From Octopus vulgaris (lineage: Eukaryota), in the NCBI GenBank assembly GCA_951406725.2, contig OX597818.1, positions 68,510,001 through 68,574,000 of the forward strand: a stretch of 64,000 nt of DNA. Reading direction: 5' to 3'. The position numbers and the translations under genes were made by a program. Positions 12,947 to 28,486 of the stretch are shown here, in pieces (position 1 is the stretch's first letter; every line of letters begins with the position of its first letter). The notes under the pieces were generated by a model. It was not told the DNA's origin, ran no database searches, and was given only the letters and a program-made list of their open reading frames with translations.

Positions 12947-13914
12947 CTATATAGTCTTGAACACACTTCATTGATCAGGCTGAGGTCAGAGAAGAAAAAT
13001 CTTTCTCACAGAGTATGCAATGAGATGAAATCCAAAAACAGAATTCTATGAAGTAAACATTACATCCATTCTTGCACTACACATGCATACACACAGACAC
13101 GTGCACCTGCACACACACACACACACAAATATGCACACTGAAACACACACATGATCCTGATATTTTCAGAGATAGACATAGATTGATAGAGATTTGACTG
13201 ATATGGAAATATTTTGACATTATGGATTTAAAAGTATGACTTATCGTCAAGCTAAAGTGTCGAAACAAATTAGCACTTGAAGCTGTGTGTATAGATTAAA
13301 GATTTGAAATGGATGATAAACGTAATATATAGCTGGCTTTAAGGTGATGCAGCCTAATGGAAACAACCTATAATATATGATGGTGGGTTGAATTTATGAA
13401 CTACTTAATGACAGAGGAAGTAGAATCAGGAATAAAGATATAATTAACATTAAGTACAGGTATAGCTGATCAATTAACGAGTTGCTTCTTCAAATATCCT
13501 GTGTGGTTCTTTAATTTCTATTACGTGGAGACTGGGAAAGTGTATTCTGTAATGAATATGGCTGATGGGAAATATCTCTGGGGAACTGCATTGTGTTAAA
13601 TATAGAGAATGGGTTTGGATATGTCATGGTTGCGATTGAAATATATATTGATCATGTGATTTAGGGTCAAGTGATCAATTGATTTAGGTTGAGGGGTGCT
13701 GCTGTACTTTCTCTCCAAATACAGGAAGAATCAATGTTTCATGAGGCGCTGAAGCAACTCTGGGGGTGATTCAGCTCTTCCATCAATGAAGGTTTGAAGA
13801 GTGTGACAGAGAAAAATCACTCTCAACTAATTCTTCCTTGCTTAAGCAAACACCGAAAGCAAACATCAAGAAATTAATGGCTCACATGATATATATATAT
13901 ATATATATATATAT

Positions 13915-14122
13915 AAGTTCAATAAAATTCAGATTCAGTTGAATATGGTACTTAAGTAAAAGGCACCAGAATTTTGGTATGGTATTATCCATATAATTCA
14001 AAATGGGGTGATTACAATCAAAATAAGCAACAAGGATATCCAGAGGTAATGCAGTACGATCGTTTCATGCGACTCCATTTAATTGAACAATGCAAATATT
14101 ACATCAGTTTTAAAATGTAGAT

Positions 14123-14125
<3 letters not shown>
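13915..14125 (-). mobile_element. Penelope-like terminal-repeat fragment between (TA)n tracts, carrying the 3' half of a hammerhead
   Basis: Minus strand has GAAA-CGATCG-TA-CTGCA (14050-14066; palindrome ACGATCGT). Homologous to 34441-34530. The CTGANGA half is lost at the (TA)n boundary. Confidence 0.6.
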
Positions 14126-14160
<35 letters not shown>

Positions 14161-14998
14161 TCATCATCATCTTCATCATGTAATGTTCAATTTTCCATAC
14201 TTGCAATGAGTAAGACAACTTATTGGGTTAGAATTTTTCTCTGACCAAATACTCTTCCTGTTGCCAAAACTCACCTCTTTCCACAAAAGGTAACATTCAG
14301 AAAGATAATATTTCTCAAAGCCAGACATATTTTGCATAGGTGGCACGTAAAAAACACCATTTGAGTGTGGCCATTGCCAGCACTGCCTGACTGGCCCATG
14401 TGCCAGTGACATGTAGAAGCATCCACTACACTCTCGAAGTGGTTGGCATTAGGAAGGGCATCCAGCTGTAGAAACTCTGCAAGATCAAGATTGGAGCTTG
14501 GTGCAGCCATCTGGTTTGCCAGTCCTCAGTCAAATCATCCAACCCATGCCAGCATGGAAAGCGGACGTTAAACGATGATGATAATGACGATGACTGGAGA
14601 TCACCAGCATCACTCATGTGGTGGTGAGGCTCATTTACTGCCATCCAGGATACAGACACACACTCACACACATAAAAGACATACATGTATACATACAAAT
14701 ATACATATTTATGATGGGCTTCTTTCAGTTTCCGTCTACGAAATCCATTCCTAAAGCTTTGATTGGTCAGCCCAATGCCATAGCAGAAAGCAGTTTCTTA
14801 AGCTGCCATGCAGTGGAACTGGACCATTCCCCTTTCACCGAGCATCAAGCTCATATATTCCTTATGTACATCTTCATGCTGTTCATTTTTATTTGTTTAT
14901 TTGAATTGACTGTAGGTGTGTATCTATGTATGTATGTATGTATATACGTGTGTGTGTGTGTATGCATGTATGTATGTATGTATGTATGTATGTATGTA

Positions 14999-15029
<31 letters not shown>

Positions 15030-15057
15030 TTGTATGTGTGTATATGTACTTTTTTTT

Positions 15058-15602
15058 TACTCTTTTACATGTTTCAGTCAGTTGAATGAGGCCGTACTGG
15101 AGCACCGCCTTTAGTCAAAAGAAATCAACCCCAAGACTTATTCTATCAGTATCTTTTGCTGAACTGCTAAATTTGGGGACGTAAACACACCAACATCGGT
15201 TGTCAAGTGATGGTGGGAGGACAAGCCCAAAAACACATACACATAAATATACATACACACATACATACACATAATACATGCACATATATACATACATACA
15301 TATATATACATGCATACATATACATACATACATACACATACATACATAAACATACATACATATACATACAAAAATATATGTACATACATAAATATATGTA
15401 CATACATAAATATACGTACATACATAAATATATATATATATGACAGGCTTCTTTCAGTTTCCATCCACCAAATCCACTCACAAGGCTTTGGTTGGCCCAA
15501 GGCTAAAGTAGAAGACGCTTGCCCAAGGTGCCATGCAGTGGGACTGAACCAGGAATCATGTGGCTGGTAAGCAAGCTTCTTACCGCACAGACACACCTGC
15601 GC
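15058..15602 (-). mobile_element. Family A SINE, full length, with expanded internal (TATG/TACA)n
   Basis: tRNA-like head at ~15602-15540, body, ~200-bp internal microsatellite, 3' part ending ...ACTGAAACATGTAAAAGAGT. Confidence 0.85.
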
Positions 15603-15799
15603 CTTTGTACATTACATGGACAAATGTGAGCAAGAGAAACGATATTCTTAACATTAAAATCCTGGAATAGTACAGGTGAAGTTATTACACTCGGAACAGT
15701 TCAGGAGAACCTATTACATCTGGTAAAGAACAGAACAGAGAAATTTTTTGCTTAAAATAATACAGCTAAGGATAAAATTTCAAATAAAATATGTATATA

Positions 15800-15833
<34 letters not shown>

Positions 15834-16049
15834 CCTGTACATCATCTCCAAACCTTCTAATATATATATATATGTAAATCAATAAATGGTGGGGTTGTGT
15901 TGACCGCACATGGAGAAATGATAGGTGAGGAAAAATTATAAAAAGGCAGAATGCTAAATTGAAGGTAAATTTTAATAAAAGTGGGTGTATGGAAAATTAA
16001 AAAAATTTTTTTTTAAAGTATTAACTCTAACTGGTTTTCATAGCAATGA

Positions 16050-16124
<75 letters not shown>

Positions 16125-17436
16125 ATGTATCTATGTATGTATGTATGTATGTGCATCTTTCTGTGATCCACCTCTGGCTTGACAACCGACATTGCTGTTT
16201 TTATATTCCTATAACTTAGCAATTTGGCAAAGAAGACTAACAGAATAAGTACCCGGCTTTGAAAAATGATTGAACTGAGTTTAATTGATTTGAGTAAAAT
16301 ACTTCAAGACAGTGCTCCAGCATGGCTGCAGTCTGATGACTAAAAGGAGTAGAAGAATAAAAGAATATATATATGTATGAATGTATGTATAATGTGTATA
16401 TATATATGCACAGCCTGCATGGCTGAAGAACACTTATTTACATATTCTGAGATTCGGTTCCTTTGTGCAGCACCTGAGGTAAGTATCCTTTATATTTGCT
16501 CTGTGTCAACCAATTCTTTGTGGCAAAATCTTGTTGATGGAATCTCAATTATGTTTGTGCTTTTAAGTGTAGCTGCGTAAATGTTTACAAGGATTGGTCT
16601 GTGGCCACGAAAGATGTTGTTACCATTTGTGTCTGAGCTGTATTCCATGATGTTGGTTGAAATTTCCTGTCAACAAACTGCTCAACAATTCTTTACTTTT
16701 TTAATGCCTTTGGAACCAAAGATTTCCTTTACTTGAAAACAGAAAAGTGAAGCCTGTCTCAAAATCCTTCCTTGGTTGCCTTCAATCTATACCATGGTAG
16801 GTTGGGAACCAGGAATTAAATAAAACCAATGAAGGATGGAAAAAGTACCGAAGCAGGTGCCTTATACAGAAAACAACCAGTACACCCGATAAAGGGGATG
16901 GTGCCAGGAAGGGCATCCAGCCACAGAGACCTTGCCAAAACGGACAGTTGGAGCCTGGTGCAGCTGTCTAGCTAGTCAGCTCCTGTCAAAACGTTCAACA
17001 CATGACAGCATGGAAAACGGATGTTAAATGATGATGAGACAGACAGACAGATAAAGCGAGAATCAGTTAGACAGATATGATTGTACATTTGTTATGAAAA
17101 GTGATAAAAATATCCATCATTTGCAGCCATCGTTTGAATCTTAAAATCAAAATAATATATTCAAATGCAGTGAATGCCAAAAAAGTGTATGACACAGAAA
17201 TGTAAGAAAGAATTTAGAAAATATTTATGTTTTATTATATAAAATTTAATCTCTTTTGTCCTTTCTCAAGTGAAAAATGCTACAAAATGTAGAATAAATA
17301 GATGTTTGTAATATGCACGAATGTACATTCATATATATATATATACACACACAAACACACACACATATATATATATGTATATTGATTTATGTATTTTTAT
17401 ATTTGTATATATGTACATATATATCGGTTATGTGTG

Positions 17437-17493
<57 letters not shown>

Positions 17494-18039
17494 ACATATA
17501 TATACATATATATACATATGTACATAAGTACATTCTGAATTAGTGATCACATCACATCTGACTTATTTTGGAGGGAAATAAATTTCATTTAGTCTTTACT
17601 TTTTTTTTTTCATTTTATTACAGTACAAATTCGAAATTGAAAGCATTCATTAACAAAACCCTTCAAACATTCCTTGCAAAGAGGAAAGAAAAAAATATAT
17701 AAACCCGCCTGTTGATACATTGCAAAAAAAATATATAGTTCTATGTGTGTGTGTGTGTTTGTTTGTTTTATTTCCTTTCTTTTTCCGGCACATTGCATAC
17801 ATGAAATAAAAAGATGTTGTAAAAGAGAATGTCGGAATATAACACTGAAGTATTTTGTAAATTCTTTGCTGAAGTCATTGAATAAATATAGAGTTGTGTT
17901 GGGAATGTGAGTCGAGGACATTTTAGTGTGTTGCAGGTCTTGGCAAATAACTAACACACATGCCTGCACTCGTGAACATGGATATGGGTGTGTGTGTGTG
18001 AGCTTATGCGTGTATGTGTACATGTGTGTATTCAGATCT

Positions 18040-19124
18040 GCATATACATAAATATCTATATATATCTACATAAAAATATATATATATAAATATACATAAA
18101 TATATACATATGTATGTATATATGCATGTATATATTTATATATATATATATACTTGCATATATACACACATTTATATGCATACAGAGATATATACACAAC
18201 ATGATACACTATGCACATATACAAATATATGCATAGATAATGCGATATTTAAGTGAGGTGTGTATACACACATATATGACTAACAATATTTACATCTACG
18301 ATGTGGACTGGTACATGACATTTATAAATTTGTTTTACAGTATTTATTTAATCCAATTCTACAACAATTTCAACACTCTAATATATCTTGACATATTTCA
18401 TATGCATACATATTCAGATAAACACTTTGAATTACAAATATATATACGTACATACATACATACATATATGTCTATATATACACATACATATATATCTATA
18501 TATATATATATATCTATATGCATATATATCTATATACATATAGATATATATATATATCTATACACATATATATATGTATATACATATATATACATAATAT
18601 ATATACACACATATATATATGCATAATATATACATATATATATATATACATAATATATACACATAATATATACATATATATATATACATATATACACATA
18701 TACATATATATGCATATATACACATACATATATATACATATATACACATATACGTATATACACATATACATATATAAACACGCATATATATATAGATATA
18801 TATACATATATATATATATATGTAAATATATATATAAATATATATATACATATATATATATACATATATATATAGATATATATACATATATATGTAGGTA
18901 TATATGTACATATATATACATATATACATATATATATAGATATACATCCATATATATTTATATACATCCATATATATATATACACATCCATACACACATA
19001 TATACACACATATATATATACATATATATACACACATATATATATGAATATACTTATATACATAAATAGATACATTCATACCAGCATAAATTCAAATACA
19101 TATACATATTTATGTGTGTGTATG

Positions 19125-19167
<43 letters not shown>

Positions 19168-19241
19168 TATATATCGTATATATATATGTGTGTGTGTGTG
19201 AGTGTATGTATATATTTTTATACATGCACAGACATTAGTTC

Positions 19242-19279
<38 letters not shown>

Positions 19280-19350
19280 TATATATATATATAGTTACCT
19301 GCATGTGTGTGTGTGTGTGTTGTATGCATGTGAGTATGTATGCATAAGTG
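18040..19350. repeat. Long cryptic (TA/CA/TACA)n low-complexity tract
   Basis: Mostly imperfect alternating purine-pyrimidine repeats over ~1.3 kb. Source of the many Y/I/H/T ORFs. Confidence 0.9.
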
Positions 19351-20052
19351 TGTGTATGTCTGAGAGTGTTGTTATTATATGTGCATATATATTGATTTTT
19401 AAATGTTTATTTTATGCTTTCTATTTCTTTTTCTTTTTTTTTTCCTTTGGAAATACTTCCGTTCGGATTTTTAACAATTCAATTCATTTCTTTTAGTCCG
19501 ATGCAGAGTATTTTTTTTTAAAAGGAAGAAAAAACATGTTGCAGTGTTGAAGAAAAGTGCTGTGTAAACAATTTTATTGATAGCGATAGAACACTTGTGT
19601 ATGATGTGGTTGTTATTGATGTGATATGAATGTTTATGTTTGTAAGGGGCTCGGGTGGTCGGTGTCGTGATGCGGTTGCCATTAGTGGTGGTCGTACAGT
19701 TGCTTGCTTTCGTCTTGATTTCTTGCTGCTTCTGTTGTTGTTGTTGTTGCAGTTTTTGTGGGATTCAAATTCATGTTCATCTCAAGGGAGTCTACAAAAT
19801 CTTTATTGAAAGATGAAAGTCACTTTTCATTTCGTCTGGCCTTCTCTCTCTCTCTCTCTCTCTCTTCACGAGTCCTACAACGTATCACCTTATATATACA
19901 CATATAACATATAGACACACACATGCACACACACACGGACACACACATATATATATATATACATATATATATATAAACACATATATATACATTAGAAGTA
20001 GCTAGATTGATAGTTAGATCGATAAATATTTATATATTACATATATACATAT

Positions 20053-20097
<45 letters not shown>

Positions 20098-20232
20098 CAC
20101 ACACACATACATATATATATTCATATATATAAAAATATACATACATGCTTACATATATATATATATATATATATACATACACACACACACATGCTTTGTC
20201 CAACCCATGCTAGCATAGAAAACAGACGCTAA

Positions 20233-20266
<34 letters not shown>

Positions 20267-20685
20267 CATGTGTGTGTGTGTGTGTAAAGAGAAAGGAAAA
20301 CTGGGAGTTAGAGCAAGTATGAAATGGGCAGAGTTGTTTGTTGATGTATTTTTGTGTTTATGTCAAAAGGGTTGTGCGTGTGTGTGCATGTGTGTGCATG
20401 CATGTGCACTTGAGTCTGCCTGCATTTAATTCATACTTACACACAAATATGCCTGCAAATGTATTTCAATGTGGTTTGTGTATGAATTATGTAAAGTTCA
20501 AGTGTGTACATGTATGTGTATGTTCGTTGATGTGTGTGTGTGTGTGTTTCTGCTTTAGCGTTTATGTACGTGTGTGTGTTTGTGTATTGTTTTTGTGTTC
20601 TTGATAAGTAATGCTATTTCCTCACCAAGATTTAAAAGGGCAGAGGGCATATATGTGTGTGTGTGTGTGAACGTATGTATGTATG

Positions 20686-20809
<124 letters not shown>

Positions 20810-21409
20810 TATGTATATGCACATAACGGAGACATCAACGTAAAACTATATATATTTCCTGATATTTTCTAATCTCATATATGTTATTTTGCATTTCTGT
20901 TAAGGTCTGTCTGGTTATGACATGAAAGCTTTGCAATGCTACGGTTATGAAATTCAAGTAGCAGAGACTGTTTTAAGGGGAGAAATAGTGGAAACGCTGT
21001 GTTATATGTTATGTAAGGAAGCTAAACAAGTTCGTTCTGTTTTGATTTGTTTTTCTCTTTTCTTTACATCAATGTAATTTTACAGACAGTTTCAATAGTT
21101 TATGACTGTAACTTCTCAAAGATCAGGGAAGTAGTGAAAAGCTAGAAGTCTTTTATTTTATTCCTTCACAGATATTTTACAACCCATGGAAATTGGTAGT
21201 TAAGAAGTTCACTTCCCAGGCTTCTGGAATGATTCTGGGTCGATCAAAGCCTTGAGGGTGGATTTGATTGGTTGGACCTCAAAGAAGTTATTTGCCAAAA
21301 ATAATGTTTATATTCGATTGCTGAACATGGACGGTGAGTACCCAGACCCAAAACTTAAGAATCAAAGGTCTCACTGTCTCCTTTGTCCCACACAAAAAAA
21401 AAAATGCTA

Positions 21410-21670
21410 TAAATACTTAGGCGACCCAAGGAAAGAATAAAATTCATTAGAATAGGAAGCTCTACATCATCCTTTCTAATCCATAGACCTACAACCATCA
21501 GCTTTTCACTTTTTCCAATTGCTTGAACATTTTACTTGTGGAAAATCTTTCAGAGACAGCAACACTCTCAAAACAGTATTCCTAATATGAAATGGCATTG
21601 TCAGTGAAAAATATAGAATGCTCTAAAAGACTGTTCTGAGACAGATATGGAGAATGTCATTGCTCTTGAA
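21410..21670 (+). mobile_element. Decayed mariner transposase C-terminal fragment
   Basis: Translation LE*EALHHPF*SIDLQPSAFHFFQLLEHFTCGKSF resembles WEVLPHPPYSPDLAPSDFHLF...FL.GK.F. Confidence 0.65.
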
Positions 21671-23604
21671 TGAATTCATACGCATCAGTTTGAGTATTAT
21701 TGCTGAAACATTCTCTTCAACACTTCTACCAAGGTTGGGTACCACTGCTTCGGATGGATAAGAAAAAAGTATGTACCATCAAAGAGGTCAGTTGCTCTGC
21801 TAATCTGTGGCACCATCAGGAATTGTCTTCTACTCATCTACCCTAGATGTGGGTCAAATGATGCCTTGTGAATAAATTTGGTTGAGGGAGACTGTGGGGA
21901 AACCCCATTTTAGATATAGGTGCAGGTGTGGTTCTGTGGTTTGTTCTGCATTCAGTCCAACTTTGTAGCACCTTGGACAAGTGTCTTCTTTGATAGCCTT
22001 GGGCCAACAGAGGCCTTGACAGAGGATTTTGGAGACGGAGACTGAAAAATGCCCATTGTATGCCATTGTGTGTGTGTGTGTGTGTGCATGTGTATGCATG
22101 TGTGCATATGTGTGTGTATGCATGTGTGTATGAGTATGTGTATGTGTGCATGCATGTGTGAATGCATATTTGTATGTGCTTGTATGAATGTGTGTATGTT
22201 GTATGCATGCATATGTGTGTGAGTGTGTGTGTGTATGTATATGTGTGTTGTGTGTGTACATGCATATGTGTAAGTACATGTGTGTATGTGTGTGTTTGTG
22301 TGAGTGTTTGTGTGTGTGTGTGTAAGTGTGTGTATGTTTTTGTGTCTGTATTTGTGCCCCACACCACTTGACAACCAGTGTCGGTGTGTTTGCATCCCTG
22401 TAACTTAGCAGTTTAGCAAAAGGGACTGACAGAATAAGCATCAGGCTTACAAAAGCACAATACACACTGGGGTCAATTCGTTAAACTAAGCCTTTCAAGT
22501 AATTGCTCCAGCATGGCCACATCCTATTGACTGAAACGAGCAGAAAGCAAAAAGAAAAAAAAAATCTTTCAAATCCACGTTGAGTGGGATTAACAAAAAA
22601 CAAAGAAACAAAAAACTTCATCTTTCGTTTTTGGATTTGGTTTGCAAGAATATTGGAAAAGTTGCGAGACGCAATGAAAGTTTTAGGAAAATAAAAATAA
22701 GAAAAAAGGGGAAATTTTACCAGTGAGTGTGTTACATTAAAAGGCATAAAAAGAAGATGACTCTCCCCAGACACAACAGAAAAAAACTTCATCCCTCGTT
22801 AGAGTTTGAACCCTCAACTGATAGCATCACAGGAGAACATACCTGGAAACTTGAGCAGAGCATTTATCTCATTTTGTGAATCTGCTGCGTATTTAAATGA
22901 GTAAATGAAGCTAAAATATATGGATGGCTTTAAACATGATTTTCCATCAAGGAACAGCAACGTGTATGAATGCGCACAAGGTTATGGTTAAAATTGATAG
23001 AGATATATTTAGCAAGAGAACTGAATTTTGAACTATGGCAAAGAAAAATAGATCTGCATTTCATGATGCTGAACAGCAGCAGATTGCTCTCCATTATTAA
23101 TAGCTTTAGTTTGCAAATGTTATCCAATGTATGAAGGAAGAAATATGCTAGAATCTACAGAATCAATAACATTAAGGGGAGAGATTTGTGTGATTCTTAA
23201 AGCTACGTTACATGATTAAAAATACCATGGAATAAAATTTGTTGGTTGAAGTAGATTTGAGTCGTCTTTAAAGGGACAAGCTGAAGTTCTAGAAGAATGA
23301 TAGATTCAAAGCCAAAAAGAGGGAGGGCTTCTGCCTGGTTGCTCAGTCTTTTAGAAATAGCAGCTAAATCTCCCTTAAACTACATACTAGTCTTTTATCA
23401 TTTGCTTGTTTCAATCATCAGATTGTGGCCATGCTGGGACACTGCCTTGAAGAATTTTAGTTACATGAATCAATCCCAGTACCTTTTTTGTTTCTTTTTT
23501 CAGCCTGGTATATTTTCTATCAATCTCTTTTGCCAAACTGCTAGGTTACTGGGATGTAAACACACCAATAATAGTTATCAAGTGGGACAAACAGACGTAA
23601 TCAT

Positions 23605-23641
<37 letters not shown>

Positions 23642-24065
23642 TACACATACACACATATCTATTTATATTTGGGGCTTTTTTCAGTTTCCATCTACTAAAT
23701 TCAGTCACAAGGTTTTGGTCAGCCCGAGGCTATAATAGAAAATAATTGCCCAGAGTGCCACGCAGTGGGACTGAACCTGGAACCATGTGGTTTGGCAGCA
23801 AACTTCTTATCACACACATACACACATACACACACAAACACACATAAACACACACACATTATGTCCAATAGAAATGTTGGATAGTTGTTTCTTTCCAGTT
23901 ATGTTTCACACTGGCTGGTGAGAGGGAAGAGAGAGAGAGAGAAAGAGTAAAGGGGAGAGTGAGAGAGTAAAGGAGAGAGAGAGAATAAAGGAGAGATACA
24001 GAGACAGTTAATATAAGTGCAGAATAGGAGCATGTACAATGTTTGGTGGCAGGCAATGAATAAAG

Positions 24066-24076
24066 TAATAATAATA

Positions 24077-24161
<85 letters not shown>

Positions 24162-24187
24162 TAATAATGATAATAATAATAATAATG

Positions 24188-24272
<85 letters not shown>

Positions 24273-24502
24273 TAATAATGAAATTATTGTATACAGTGCT
24301 CAGGTGGTCCACAACTTGTCAAAAGTGCATATAAAGTATATGCAGTAATGTACAAATGTCTGGAAAATGAAAAATGTATGAGTCAGATAGATGCTTGCTT
24401 GTGTATGGAGGGGAGAAAATCAGGTGTAGTATTGGCGAATCTAAGAAAGCATGGAAGTTTTGAAGGATGCAGTGCTCCGACTACAAACAACTGATGCTGG
24501 CA
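24066..24502 (-). mobile_element. CR1-like LINE 3' end with ~215-bp expanded (ATT)n tail
   Basis: 24285-24502 is homologous to 8724-8855 (GTAcAGTGCTCAGGTG..CACAACT; CAGGTGTAGT; GGATGCAGTG; CAACTGATGC). The adjoining (TAA)n at 24066-24280 is in the tail position. Confidence 0.8.
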
Positions 24503-25077
24503 TGACACACACACATGCACACATACATGGACATACACAGAGTGAGAGAGAAAGAATGATAGAGACAGTGGGGGATAAGGAGGAGGAGGAGTAAGAGTAG
24601 AGAGATTGAATGATAGTATCTATGGCAGGAGTTATGCAAATGAGAAATTGGTTTTACATAATTTTAAAGTTAATAAGTATATTTTGTTTTGAAAATTATC
24701 AATTTCTTCTCCTTGTTGTATAATGACCAAGAAATTTCAGAAAAGTTAAATTATATTTGTTCTATGTATGGCAGATGGATTCCAACTTTTGGCACAAGAC
24801 CAGCAAATTCAGTGGGGGTGGGGGAAGTTGATTACATTAACCCCAGGACCCAACTGGTACCCCTGAAGGATAAAACACAAAGTCAGCCTCGGTGGTATTT
24901 GAACTCAGGACATAATGATGGACGAAATACCATTAATCATTTTACCCAGAATGCCAACCATTCTGCCGCTCCACCAGCTTTCCTATTTATGGCATGCTTC
25001 CTGATATTATTCACAGTGACAAAAGAATATTTCCAAAGTTACCATTATAGTATTCCTATGTCTCTTTCTCTCTCTCT

Positions 25078-25118
<41 letters not shown>

Positions 25119-25889
25119 CACACACACACAGACACACACAGAGACAAACAGAGAGAGAGAGAGGTGGGGAGGGAGATATTCAGTGGTTTGATTGCTGAAG
25201 ACTGTCATCAAGAATGAAAGTATGTTTGGTTTACAGATTGAAATTATTGGGAACAGCTCCAGTTCCTGAGGTTCTACTTCTGAGAAACCTTCATGTATAT
25301 TTGGAAGAATGTTTGAATATAAATATAGCAGCATTTGGCATTTACTATGGAATCAACCAAAAACCACTGGAAGGCATTGTCAACTTGTAAAATTCACATC
25401 AGTTAATGACCATAAGACGTCACTATATAAGAACAGGTCTTCCTCTAAAGATTCTCGTCTGTTTAACTCTATCCTAAAACTGTCAGAAACCTGATCTTAA
25501 TTCTTGTAGAAAACCATGACAGAATAGCTTCCTTTCCTACTGACCTCATCTGCCACTTTCATAATATTACATGACAAGTCTGCCTAGAACTGTTTCCACC
25601 ATTTCATTGATACATCAATATTCCAAAAGATAGGGGTGCCTCTCTGTGGTAGAGTGACTGGCTAAAAATGGCAAACAAATTTCTCTCATATTACATGTGT
25701 ATTCTTTTAGGTTGACATGGTGGAGTATGCGATCAAACATATAAGTTATCAACCATGTTTTTTCATTGGTCAGAGTGTATTCTATTGTGTGGTCATCAGA
25801 TAGAAAGCTGACCTCTTCATAGTCGAATGGTTTGTAGTGAGAAGAAATAATCCTGCTTATAACAAACCAAAAAACAAAGCATTTTTTTT

Positions 25890-26290
25890 TTTACTTGTTT
25901 CAGTCATTTGACTGTGGCCATGCTGGAGCACCGCCTTTAGTCGAGCAAATCGACCCCAGGACTTATTCTTTGGATACCTAGTACTTATTCTTTCGGTCTC
26001 TTTTGCCGAACCGCTAAGTTATGGGGATGTAAACACACCACCATTGGTTGTCAAGCGATGTTGAGGGGACAAACACAGACACACAAACAAAACATACACA
26101 CACACACACAGACATATATATATACATATATACGACGGGTTTCTTTCAGTTTCCGTCTACCAAATCCACTCACAAGGCTTTGGTCGGCCCGAGGCACTAG
26201 TAGACGACACTTGCCCAAGGTGTCACGCAGTGGGACTGAACCCGGAACTATGTAGTTGGTTAGCAAGCTACTTACCACACAGCCACTCCA
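25890..26290 (-). mobile_element. Family A SINE, full length
   Basis: Complete head-body-tail matching 54503-54911. Other copies at ~7215-7440, 7755-7915, 23395-23815, 38995-39360, 46475-46855 (-) and 32720-32860, 34750-35055, 40245-40490, 43880-44230, 63085-63305 (+). Confidence 0.9.
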
Positions 26291-26796
26291 TCAGTTTGCA
26301 CCAGTCTTTATGAGATTTTGGTAACTGGAACACTTACCATAAACCTATTCAATCAGGCCACAAAGAAATCAAACTATGGCAGCTGCGATTACTACAACTA
26401 CTACTACTACTATGATAGTGAAAGGAACTTCTTAATCACATCACTGCCTACCCCAACCTCAAGGTTTACTATACTTACAGGCAAACATGGCATACATAAG
26501 GCAATACTTTCACTACATACACACATGCATATATATCCTCATCATTGTTTAACATCTGCTTTCCATGCTGGCATGGGTTGGATGGTTTGACTGAGGGCTG
26601 GCGAGCCAGATGGCTGCACCAGGGTCAATTTGATTTGGCAGAGTTTCTACAGCTGGACGCTCTTCCTAATGCTAAACACTCCGAAAATGTAGTGGGTGCT
26701 TTTATGTGCCACTGGCACAAAGGCTAGTCAGGTGGCACTGGCAACGACCACGCTCGAATGTTGTTTTTCACATGCCACCAACACATGTGCTGGTAA

Positions 26797-26835
<39 letters not shown>

Positions 26836-28412
26836 TAAATTCATGTATTTGTTACATACATATAAAGATTTCACCTATACATACACTGGATCTATACATA
26901 TATAACATACATCCATTATACTTGGCTATGCCAGTCTCCAAGCTAAGGTGTTCATGCATACATACCTGCATATCTAATTAAATACGTGATTAGACAGACA
27001 CATACATATGTAGATAAGCACATACATGTATGTACATATTATGCATACGTATATATATACACACGGACTCACAAACACACGCACATACATACATACAATT
27101 ACACTTACATGCACACATATACACATATGTATACATATATGCATATATACAAATGTGTATACAAAAATACTCACTTACGTACATGGATATCTTCCCCAAA
27201 CACTTGAAGATGACAATAACATTGACGTGAAGTGCAACCTCTCTTGGACTCATGACTGTTGCATCCTGTCACTCTTCAATTAAAATCAGGAGATTGTTAT
27301 GAAATCACAAGTAAACAGAAGAGACAGTGGAGTCCTTGGCATGCCAAGATGCAATCAAACACATTATGTCACATTTCTGTAGAAGACATCACACATGATT
27401 GGGAGCTGTCCAAAAGTGTCTTTCAGTTGCATTTGCTAAAACAATATACAATGCAATCTGAAAAAAAACTACCCTGGAAATAAATTTAGAGAATTCCTCC
27501 CTTTTGAAATGCATGAAAAAAACATCAACACAAGAAATAAGTGATGGAATATTCCCATCAGAATTTTTACCAAGTGTAGACATAGAAAGTCAGTATAATT
27601 CATTCTTGTATTTGGTTTGCCTGGTTCTTGGTGGGAATTCATGTCTTAAAGCAAATTTTGTTGTGTCTTGAGGAGGGTCATTATGCTAATAACAATAACA
27701 ACATGTGCACTGGTTTAATGTCACTTCTCTATTATTAGTCAACTGGTTGAATATCTGAACAATTAGTCAATTATTTATATAGATACAGTTGTTTGGAAAT
27801 GACAAAAAATATGTACCAACTCAGAGGTCAGCTGACCTGATGTAGAAATCTCTTTGAAAATCAAAGAGAAAGAGGAAAATTATGAACAAATTCCTCCAAA
27901 TCCTCAGCTTCTTTATCCAGATTATGAATTCCCATTTATTCCATTAATAATTGTTGCACTCGATTTTATGGATAAATGATTCAGTGACAATTTACGACGC
28001 AGGGTTTCTCAGAAAATTAAATAAACAAGCAAACAAGCTAACACACGCTACAGATACAATCTGGTGGCAAAGAAAGCTTCTTAATTGCACAGTCAAGCTT
28101 GCACATGTACGCACACACACACACACACACATGCACACACACACACACGCACGCACATGCACACATTGGCATAAAATCACTTTAAGGGCCACTTTTCCAT
28201 ATTTACAAAAGTTCAAAGGAATTTACTGAGGTAATATTCTCTATATCGTATGTGTTCCCTATCACCAAATCTTTTCTTTCTAAGCAAGGTAATACTTCGC
28301 TATCGCCAGCCATATTCTTGCAGAATATTGGAAATGAATCACATTGCTTGTTTAACAGTGACACTCATTTACAAATATCCTATAAATGTCAAGAGAAAGA
28401 CACACAAACACT

Positions 28413-28486
<74 letters not shown>

